This document shows, in pieces, positions 10,171 through 18,043 of a DNA stretch of 32,000 bases (its first letter is position 1; each line of letters starts with the position of its first letter). The notes below the pieces were generated by a model. It searched no databases and was not told where the DNA came from. It saw nothing but the letters and a program-made list of their open reading frames with translations. The DNA comes from Psychrobacter sp. HD31 (lineage in GTDB: Bacteria > Pseudomonadota > Gammaproteobacteria > Pseudomonadales > Moraxellaceae), in the NCBI RefSeq assembly GCF_051097895.1, contig NZ_CP142525.1, forward strand, positions 210,001-242,000, given 5' to 3'. Position numbers and translations under genes: made by a program.

Positions 10171-11031
10171 ATGAAAAAAGTCACGACCAGATTTAATACC
10201 ATGCTTGCTGAATTAGCCCAAAAAAACAATAGCAAGGGCAATCCTAGTAGCAATGAAAACAGCATTGGAGAAGGGGCATTTGTACCCTTTGTTACCCTAT
10301 GCGACCCTGACTTAGAACGCTCGTTTGATATCATTTGTACACTTGTAAATAATGGCGCCGATGCACTAGAGCTTGGGTTGCCATTTTCTGACCCATTGCT
10401 CGATGGTGAAGTCATTCAGGCGGCTAACCAGCGTGCGTTATCGGCAGGGCATAGCACCGAAGACAGTTTTAAACTACTTGAGAGAGTGCGTGCTAAATAT
10501 CCTGATACGCCTATCAGCCTGCTACTCTGTGCCAATTTGATTTTTGCTCAGACTTTAGATGGGTTTTATAAACGCTGTGCGGATATTGGCGTGGATGCGG
10601 TACTGGTGGCAGATGTACCATTGATGGAGTGTTTGCCATATTGTCAGTCTGCTGTTAAGCATGGCGTACAACCTGTGTTAATCTGCCCACCTAACGGTAC
10701 GGAGCAAACCATCGCTCAAGTTGCGAGTCTAACCCAAGGCTACACCTACCTTGTCTCACGTGCTGGGGTGACTTCGGCGGATAATCAAGAATCTGCGGGT
10801 AATCTTGATGAATTGGTAAGTAAACTCAAAGCCAACAACTCTGCTCCAATATTGCAAGGTTTTGGTATTGCTAAGCCAGAGCAAGTCAAAGATGCCCTAG
10901 ATAATGGCTGTGCAGGAGCAATTTCTGGCTCGGCAATTGTGCGTATTATCGAAAACAACCTTGATGACCATCAGTCGACTTTACAAAATCTGGGTGAGTT
11001 TGTAAGGCATATGAAGCAAGCAACAACTTAG
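10171..11031 (+). CDS. trpA: Tryptophan synthase alpha chain
   Basis: [29 protein letters not shown] and ISGSAIV. It carries an extra Asn/Ser-rich insertion of ~15 aa near the N-terminus relative to E. coli TrpA. Confidence 0.92.
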   Translation: MKKVTTRFNTMLAELAQKNNSKGNPSSNENSIGEGAFVPFVTLCDPDLERSFDIICTLVNNGADALELGLPFSDPLLDGEVIQAANQRALSAGHSTEDSFKLLERVRAKYPDTPISLLLCANLIFAQTLDGFYKRCADIGVDAVLVADVPLMECLPYCQSAVKHGVQPVLICPPNGTEQTIAQVASLTQGYTYLVSRAGVTSADNQESAGNLDELVSKLKANNSAPILQGFGIAKPEQVKDALDNGCAGAISGSAIVRIIENNLDDHQSTLQNLGEFVRHMKQATT

Positions 11032-11296
11032 AATTACCTTTATTTTGTGTGATATTTGCTTTCTAACATTCATACTTATTAAAGCAAAACAACTAAATCT
11101 TTTCAGCCAATCCTGCTGTCCGCTCATATCTGCTTGTTTGCATGGGGCGTTGGCTAAGGTTTGGCGTGTCGCTTGCTACCACGTCGCCACACCAAACCAA
11201 GCCACCGCAATCCCACTCAACCAAGCAGGATAACCGCTACCATCAGGGCTAAACCGCACCTATGGTGAGGTTGGTTAAAATATTGCAAATATAATG

Positions 11297-11380
11297 AGTA
11301 GGTTGGGTTGAAGCATAAAACCCAACGATGGTTCTATTTTAATTGTGGTGTTTGTTCTCGATACCTCGACACTAACCTAC
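11297..11380. repeat. Palindromic (MITE/REP-like) element, copy A
   Basis: Termini AGTAGGTTGGGTTG ... CACTAACCTAC. The interior (tattttaattgtggtgtttgttctcgatacctcga) is homologous to copies B and C. It also contains the perfect 8-bp hairpin GTTGGGTT/AACCCAAC. Confidence 0.6.
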
Positions 11381-11399
11381 AAAGCTTGTATTGTTATAA

Positions 11400-11439
11400 A
11401 TTTATATCAATGCTAGGATAGCAAGATAATAAATTGTTA
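11400..11439 (+). repeat. Conserved 40-bp box, copy A
   Basis: ATTTATATCAATGCTAGGATAGCAAGATAATAAATTGTTA matches copy B (12685-12724) at 37/40 positions. It ends in GTTATGC about 20 nt before the next ORF. Confidence 0.8.
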
Positions 11440-11456
11440 TGCAATAAAATTATCGA

Positions 11457-11690
11457 TTGAATAAAGTTAAAGAAATAGAGATAGAATTTGGAATTCTTCA
11501 AGGTCGAGACTGCATTTACCTTGATGAACTACGATCATCGCATCAAAGATTACTGAACTTGATACATGGGAAGCCCAAAAAAATTGGTAAAATGAATCAA
11601 ACTTTGATTATGTCCATGAGCCAGATTGGTTGCGAAATTCTGGAGGAAAAGTTATTTCTAAGCACAGGCACTTCATTTTTTAACCTATGA
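11457..11690 (+). CDS. Hypothetical small protein (77 aa, TTG start), doubtful
   Basis: Only an open frame with a non-ATG start, no recognisable motif and no clear SD. The first in-frame ATG would give only 32 aa. Confidence 0.25.
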   Translation: MNKVKEIEIEFGILQGRDCIYLDELRSSHQRLLNLIHGKPKKIGKMNQTLIMSMSQIGCEILEEKLFLSTGTSFFNL

Positions 11691-11747
11691 TGATGTATTG
11701 GATATATTGTGCGAATCGTATGAATTTGAATTCGGGGAGCCACATGC

Positions 11748-11798
11748 ATAACAAACAAATCAAGAAACGGAAAAATGCAGCTTAGCTGGGCGTTATCT
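11748..11798 (+). other. attC-like site a (candidate)
   Basis: ATAACAAACAAATC...GCTGGGCGTTATCT. It has TAAC/GTTA termini, but internal pairing is weak by eye and 51 bp is short for an attC. It is followed by SD AAGGAG and GTG 11817. Confidence 0.25.
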
Positions 11799-11816
11799 CG
11801 AAAGGAGCCGTACAGA

Positions 11817-12425
11817 GTGATAGACGCAACGGACACAAAATTGAAAAAAGGCGATGAACCTTTTACTTATGAAGGCTCAAAACTAGCTTTTGATGTTCTG
11901 TCTTTTTGGCAATGGTCAAGTTCTGACCTGCTAGGAAATGCGCTTCGTGGGAAGTTAGCGGAATTTATTGTGGCTTCTAGCATTGATGCTCTATCAAGTC
12001 TCAGAGAAGAGTGGGATGAAGTTGATGTTGTGGCCTTAAACGGGTTAAAAATAGAGGTTAAATCCTCATCTTACTTGCAAAGTTGGCAACAAAATAAGCT
12101 TTCTAGAATCTCTTTTGGTATTCAGCCTACTGGCACATCACAAGCAAGAAATGAAGAGAAATTTAGGAAGGCAGATATTTATGTCTTTTGTGTTCTCGCA
12201 CACAAAGATATGTCGTCAGTAAATCCACTGAATCTAGAGCAATGGGACTTTTATATTCTTTCTACATCCGTGCTAAATGAAAAACTGCCAGAGCAACAAA
12301 CAATCACATTATCTAGTCTGTTGGAATTGAAACCTACTTGTGTAAAGTATGATGGATTGGGTGCTGAAATTAACAAACGAGATAACAAGCCAGTTCAGCC
12401 GACCGCTATAGCGGCGTATGACTGA
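11817..12425 (+). CDS. PD-(D/E)xK nuclease-fold protein (restriction-endonuclease-like), function unknown
   Basis: Open frame 11775-12425. I prefer the GTG 11817 start, 9 nt after a strong SD AAGGAG. Motif order is E (LAEFIVA) ... D (WDEVDVVAL) ... ExK (LKIEVKSS), as in PD-(D/E)xK nucleases. No adjacent methyltransferase. Confidence 0.65.
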   Translation: MIDATDTKLKKGDEPFTYEGSKLAFDVLSFWQWSSSDLLGNALRGKLAEFIVASSIDALSSLREEWDEVDVVALNGLKIEVKSSSYLQSWQQNKLSRISFGIQPTGTSQARNEEKFRKADIYVFCVLAHKDMSSVNPLNLEQWDFYILSTSVLNEKLPEQQTITLSSLLELKPTCVKYDGLGAEINKRDNKPVQPTAIAAYD

Positions 12426-12435
12426 GGCGTTACAA
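12382..12435 (+). other. attC-like site b (candidate), overlapping the 3' end of the nuclease ORF
   Basis: aTAACaaGCCAGTtCAgcCGaCCGCTA|TAGCGGCGtaTGACTgaGGCGTTAcaa. This imperfect hairpin is symmetric about the perfect palindrome CCGCTATAGCGG (12403-12414). About 20 of 24 positions pair, with bulged bases and TAAC/GTTA ends. At 54 bp it is at the short end of attC lengths as I recall them. Confidence 0.4.
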
Positions 12436-12530
12436 GTAAAGGATAGTTATGAGAGAGTATCGAGGAGAATGCCTTGATGCGTTTTCTGAGTATGATAGAT
12501 TAGTATGCTTGAAAACCAGCGTTCAGCTAA

Positions 12531-12653
12531 GTAAGTCGTGTTAGAATTTTTAGCAATTTCGTTAAAAATTGGTTAAAAGTCGTAAAGCGACAATATAGTT
12601 TTAATTTTGTTTTGGTTGTCGAGTTACCTCAGTGCCTTGCTAACACGACTTAC
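12531..12653. repeat. Palindromic (MITE/REP-like) element, copy B
   Basis: Perfect 14-bp terminal inverted repeats: GTAAGTCGTGTTAG (12531-12544) and CTAACACGACTTAC (12640-12653). The interior shares TGTCGAGTTAC and flanking blocks with copy C. Confidence 0.75.
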
Positions 12654-12684
12654 CTGCTTTCATGCTATGTTCATATTGTCAGTG

Positions 12685-12724
12685 ATTTATATCAATGCTA
12701 GGATGACAAAATAATAAATTGTTA
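12685..12724 (+). repeat. Conserved 40-bp box, copy B
   Basis: ATTTATATCAATGCTAGGATGACAAAATAATAAATTGTTA. It runs into GTTAGGT (12721-12727), 12 nt before the ATG at 12740. Confidence 0.8.
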
Positions 12725-12739
12725 GGTATATAAAAGTAT

Positions 12740-13219
12740 ATGAGCGCAATTCTTAAATGCCCCAAATGTAAAAGTGATTTAGGTAAATCAGGAGGCTATT
12801 ATTGTTGCTGGAATTCTGAATGTGATTTTCGCTCATATCGACCTTGGATTAGCCCACCTGAAAAAAAGGAAGAGTTTGATATATCTAAGGAACTTATCGT
12901 TGCAATTGGGGAATGCCTTAATGCTTCTGCAAACGGGCCATTCTTCGTAGATAATGAAGTTAAAGATAACCCATATTGGGAGTACCATACGTTATTAGGT
13001 TTCTATCCAGAGGAAGTACAGGAAATATCAGCGCAATGGCCTAACATAGATATTTCAGATAGTTTTATATCTGAGCTTATTAGCGATTGTTTTGCTAATC
13101 TACTAGGTTACCCACATAATTGCGAAAAATATTGGCTAGAATATTTTTCAAAAAATCGTGAGCAGCTGGCTGAGTTTGCTCGTCTTTGGAGAAAATCGAA
13201 ATATGCGCAAAGTATTTAA
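12740..13219 (+). CDS. Zinc-ribbon domain protein, function unknown
   Basis: 159 aa. The N-terminus has CPKC-x14-C-x4-EC (a four-Cys ribbon). The C-terminal ~110 aa are helical/acidic with no motif I recognise. The stop TAA lies inside ATTTAAC (13214-13220). Confidence 0.6.
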   Translation: MSAILKCPKCKSDLGKSGGYYCCWNSECDFRSYRPWISPPEKKEEFDISKELIVAIGECLNASANGPFFVDNEVKDNPYWEYHTLLGFYPEEVQEISAQWPNIDISDSFISELISDCFANLLGYPHNCEKYWLEYFSKNREQLAEFARLWRKSKYAQSI

Positions 13220-13325
13220 CAAGTTTAAGCAAAATGGACAGCTTTCTGTTTTCGTTTTTGAAATCGCTTTGCGATATTATTGGAAGACAGTTTCTATATA
13301 AATTTAACATTTAGCGGAGTTAATC
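13214..13325 (+). other. attC-like site c (candidate)
   Basis: Starts with ATTTAAC, a perfect RYYYAAC that contains the ORF stop, and ends with GTTAATC. It is exactly symmetric (55/56 nt) around the ATCGC-ttt-GCGAT stem at 13263-13275. TTAAC/GTTAA pair, followed by a 5-nt unpaired stretch. Mid-arm pairing is weak by eye. Confidence 0.3.
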
Positions 13326-13337
13326 TTCAAAAAGCCA

Positions 13338-13489
13338 AGTAGGTCGTGTTAGAAAAGGATGATTTCATCAGAAATTATCTGTCGTTGTAACACGCCGATA
13401 TAATAACTCTGAAATTTTTTGCGTGTCGAGTTACGTTTCTGCCCCCACCAAATCCAGCTACCATCTATCTAAGTGCCTTTAGACCTACT
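13338..13489. repeat. Palindromic (MITE/REP-like) element, copy C
   Basis: The left end AGTAGGTCGTGTTAG matches copy B at 14/15. The right end ...AGACCTACT pairs with only the outer 8 bp. The interior GCGTGTCGAGTTAC block is shared with B. A diverged copy of the 40-bp box follows at about 13562-13600. Confidence 0.6.
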
Positions 13490-13621
13490 GATTGTATACA
13501 TTATGCTTAAATATTAATGCAATGAAATAGCTTTTATTGCATTGTTTACATTGTTAGAAATTAATATCCTTGCTACTATTGAATTTTAATAAATTATTAG
13601 CCTTCAAGGAAAATTAATCAT

Positions 13622-14179
13622 ATGAATAAAATTTTAATAATACTCGCATCTATGGTTGTTGCCTCATGTGCAAGTAATCCAAATATTACCAACTACCAAA
13701 GCAAAGGCAACCTAGAATCACCAAAGCCGGCATCTTGTACGGTTATTAATCAGCTTCTTTCAAGTCAAAATCCAGCTGATATATTTGTGGGGATGAAAAA
13801 GTGTTTAAATGACGAAAATTATTCAACTGCCGCAGAAATGTACTACGCTGCAATGACATATGGAATCTATGACACCAAAAGAGTCAGCGACAAAACCGCA
13901 CATCAAGGTCTTATAGTCCTCCGTATGAACACATTAAATGGACTTTCAGAACAACAGATTTTTCTTCTCCAATCAGAAGTCAATGCAATCCGGCAAAATA
14001 ATGCAAAGGTATGTGATGCCTTAACTGCTAGAGGGCTACCATCATATCACCCGACATATATGATTCAGCATGGAATGGGTGCATTTACAGGAAGTCATAG
14101 CAACCAAGGTATTGTTGACGGTTTTGATAGGAAATCTGCATGGGCTGAGGCAATTGAAAAAACAGTTAAGTGCAAGTAA
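13622..14179 (+). CDS. Predicted lipoprotein, function unknown
   Basis: 185 aa. Signal peptide MNKILIILASMVVASC with lipobox VASC. No recognisable catalytic motif. Confidence 0.65.
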   Translation: MNKILIILASMVVASCASNPNITNYQSKGNLESPKPASCTVINQLLSSQNPADIFVGMKKCLNDENYSTAAEMYYAAMTYGIYDTKRVSDKTAHQGLIVLRMNTLNGLSEQQIFLLQSEVNAIRQNNAKVCDALTARGLPSYHPTYMIQHGMGAFTGSHSNQGIVDGFDRKSAWAEAIEKTVKCK

Positions 14180-14180
14180 A

Positions 14181-14243
14181 AACTAACAATCGCATATTGT
14201 GGGGGTGGTTTTCTGCTTTGCGCTAATCTTGCCGATGTTGTGG
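14181..14243 (+). other. attC-like site d (candidate)
   Basis: AACTAACAATCGCATATTGTGG...CGCTAATCTTGCCGATGTTGTGG. AACA(A)TCG pairs with CGATGTT with one bulged base, and GCAtATTg pairs with cTAATctTGC. ~60 bp. It starts 2 nt after the lipoprotein stop. Confidence 0.35.
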
Positions 14244-14286
14244 GCATTATAATGTGGATTTGAGTCATAACATATGAAGAGAAAAT

Positions 14287-14754
14287 ATGAAGTTTTACAA
14301 AGCAAGTGAATATCAGGCACGTTGTGAAGCGCTTTATCGTAAGTACGAACTTAAGATAACTGCGTTATTGCCAGATGCTGTAATTGAGCATATTGGCGCT
14401 TCGTCTATCCCTAATGCCGTATCTAAGGGCGATTTAGACATACTTGTGGGTGTTGACGGTAATAAATTAGAGCAATCAATAGAGGTACTTTCCACCTTGG
14501 GTTTCAATAAAAAACTTGATACGTTAAGAACCTCCGAGCTTTGCATGTTAGAAAGTACTTCTGGCGATGATGTCGCTTTCCAAATTGTTGCGATAGGTTC
14601 GCAGTTTGACGTTTTTGTCGAGTTTAGAGACAAGCTTTGCGCAAACCCTGCACTTGTTCAAAAATACAATGAACTAAAAGTATCTTGTACGGGTTTTACT
14701 CACGAGGCGTATCGTCGCAAAAAATCAGCTTTTATTGAGCTCGTTTTAGGGTAG
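14287..14754 (+). CDS. GrpB/UPF0157 family protein (nucleotidyltransferase-like fold)
   Basis: 155 aa. EHIGASSIPNAVSKGDLDILVGV matches the GrpB signature (HIGSTSVPGxxAKPIIDI). Confidence 0.75.
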   Translation: MKFYKASEYQARCEALYRKYELKITALLPDAVIEHIGASSIPNAVSKGDLDILVGVDGNKLEQSIEVLSTLGFNKKLDTLRTSELCMLESTSGDDVAFQIVAIGSQFDVFVEFRDKLCANPALVQKYNELKVSCTGFTHEAYRRKKSAFIELVLG

Positions 14755-14894
14755 GTATAACAAACGGCTTAAAAGCGATTTGTCTTGTGTGGTACTTTTA
14801 CTATGTATAAGTTTTAATGATGGAGGTGGTTGTGGTAACGGTGGTATTGCGTTATTTGACCTTTGTACTATGCCATTTTAATAGAGCGTTAGGT
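14755..14894 (+). other. attC-like site e (candidate)
   Basis: GTATAAC-AAACGGC-TTAAAAGCGAT ... ATGCCATTTTAA-TAGAGC-GTTAGGT. The outer TAAC/GTTA box and the inner TTAAAAG/CATTTTAA box pair, separated by a 6-7 nt unpaired spacer. This resembles the R-box/spacer/L-box layout of attC sites. 140 bp. Confidence 0.35.
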
Positions 14895-14912
14895 TAGTTA
14901 GAAGGAGAGGTT

Positions 14913-15716
14913 ATGTCCAGACTTGAAGGAAAGGTTGCATTAATTACCGGTGCTGCTAGAGGTATTGGACAAGCAATTGCTGAGTTATTCTCTGATGAAG
15001 GGGCGCAAATTATTGTATCTGATATTAATGACGAGCAAGGGCAAGCGGTAGCGAACAAGATTGGCGTCAATGCTAAATATATTCATTTAGATGTATCACA
15101 AGAATCAGAGTGGCAAAGCGCTGTAAAGTTTATTAAACATGAATATGGGCATTTAGATGTTCTTGTTAATAATGCTGGGATAACTGGTTTTCTTGAAACT
15201 CAAGGTCCTCATGATCCAGAGAATCTTGATATGGATAGTTGGCACAAGGTGCACGCAACAAATTTAGATGGTGTGGCACTGGGTTGTAAATACGGCATTC
15301 AACTAATGAAAAGCGCTAACCATGCCAGTATTATAAACATCTCATCAAGATCCGGTATTGTTGGGATTCCTGCCGCAACGGCATACGCCTCAAGTAAAGC
15401 CGCTGTCAGAAACCATACAAAATCAGTCGCATTGTACTGTGCAGAAAAAAACTATTCTATTAGATGTAATTCAATACATCCTGGCGCAATCTTTACACCA
15501 ATATGGGATACCATGCTTGGAGAAGGAGCACAAAGAGAAACGACAATAAAAGAAATCTCTGCTGGTGTACCACTGGGTATTATGGGAGAACCAAAGGATG
15601 TTGCTTATGCTGCTTTATATTTGGCTTCAAATGAATCTAGGTATGTAACCGGTATTGAGCTTAATATAGATGGGGGCATTCTTGCTGGCAGTACTGCAGC
15701 TCCATCGGCTAAATAA
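14913..15716 (+). CDS. Short-chain dehydrogenase/reductase (classical SDR) family oxidoreductase
   Basis: TGAARGIGQAI cofactor motif, NNAGI and the catalytic S...YASSKAAV. SD GAAGGAGAG lies upstream. Confidence 0.9.
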   Translation: MSRLEGKVALITGAARGIGQAIAELFSDEGAQIIVSDINDEQGQAVANKIGVNAKYIHLDVSQESEWQSAVKFIKHEYGHLDVLVNNAGITGFLETQGPHDPENLDMDSWHKVHATNLDGVALGCKYGIQLMKSANHASIINISSRSGIVGIPAATAYASSKAAVRNHTKSVALYCAEKNYSIRCNSIHPGAIFTPIWDTMLGEGAQRETTIKEISAGVPLGIMGEPKDVAYAALYLASNESRYVTGIELNIDGGILAGSTAAPSAK

Positions 15717-15997
15717 TATATAAGTTAGGTTAGTAATAAAAAGGGAAACATTACCTAGGTAAAATAAATCCGTGGTTTGTTAATGTCGTAAAAACCTCTT
15801 ATCTGTTATTTAGGTAGTTATAACGGATAACTCGCATAGAGTGTTCTTAACAAAGCAAAACCGAGCTACGCAAAGGTAAGGGATAGCTAATATATAATAC
15901 CACCTTCTTAGGAATCAAACCCCACCGCAAAAACCCCTTTCGAACCAGCCCCTTAAAAAAAAACTGTTTAAAACCTCAAAAAAACATAAAAAACCCC

Positions 15998-16025
15998 TTG
16001 CCAACCTAAAAAAACTGCGTATAAT
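15998..16025 (+). promoter_or_regulatory. rrn promoter P1 (sigma70)
   Basis: TTGCCA, 16 nt, TATAAT. An A-rich UP-like tract lies upstream and a GC-rich discriminator (acgccctc) downstream. Confidence 0.65.
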
Positions 16026-16152
16026 ACGCCCTCACGCAAACGGGGCAGAGCTGACAAAGCGAAGTTTTGTAGCGTAAATTAAAGTGAAATTGAGTTAAGC
16101 TTAAAACAAAGAAAAGCGAAGCGAAAAAACTTTAAAAAGGCGTAAAAAAGTG

Positions 16153-16180
16153 TTGACACGAGAGATAAACACTATATAAT
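16153..16180 (+). promoter_or_regulatory. rrn promoter P2 (sigma70)
   Basis: Consensus TTGACA, 16 nt, TATAAT, located 155 bp downstream of P1. Tandem P1/P2 is the arrangement seen in E. coli rrn operons. Confidence 0.75.
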
Positions 16181-16449
16181 ATGCCTTCCCTGAGTCGCAC
16201 AGCATACGTTGAAGACAAAGGGGGTAAAGATTAACCTGACGAAGGTAATCTAACTCATTAAAAACAAACTTAAAAAACAACTTGTGTGGATTTTTGCTAA
16301 TTTAGAATGACTTTAAAAAGATAATCATTCGACGAAATTAGTAGAAATACTCAAAGTTAATTCATATACGAACATACTTAAGTAAATATGCTAGTAAAGT
16401 ACGAATGAGCCAAGATTAGGGACCATCTTAAAAGGTCTCAACAAAGATT

Positions 16450-17983
<1,534 letters not shown>

Positions 17984-18043
17984 ACGAAAGCATTCAATTG
18001 GCAAGAATTCACAACAAGTTGTTTTTTAAGAAGTAAGCTATAA

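Noticed and set aside
11045-11233. 62-aa ORF downstream of trpA
   Set aside because: No SD and an odd Cys/Ala-rich composition. The region is better explained as structured non-coding DNA (see finding). It is not called as a CDS.
11597-11836. 79-aa minus-strand ORF overlapping the start of the nuclease gene
   Set aside because: It overlaps two plus-strand frames and an attC-like site, has no SD, and its translation is implausible.
12531-12653. The palindromic elements A/B/C as canonical integron attC sites
   Set aside because: On either strand the 5' arm carries GTTAG and the 3' arm CTAAC. A true attC has ...AAC in the 5' arm (R'') and GTT... in the 3' arm (R'). They are therefore reported as a separate repeat family, not as attC sites.
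13301-13331. Possible Xer/dif-like (pdif) site: ATTTAACATTT resembles the reverse complement of the XerD half-site TTATGTTAAAT
   Set aside because: Only one half-site matches (9/11). The sequence 6 nt away (GTTAATCTTCA) does not resemble a XerC half-site. No second site brackets a module.
11400-13600. CRISPR array
   Set aside because: There are only two or three copies of a 40-bp box, spaced ~1.3 kb apart, with protein-coding ORFs between them. There are no regular short spacers and no cas genes.
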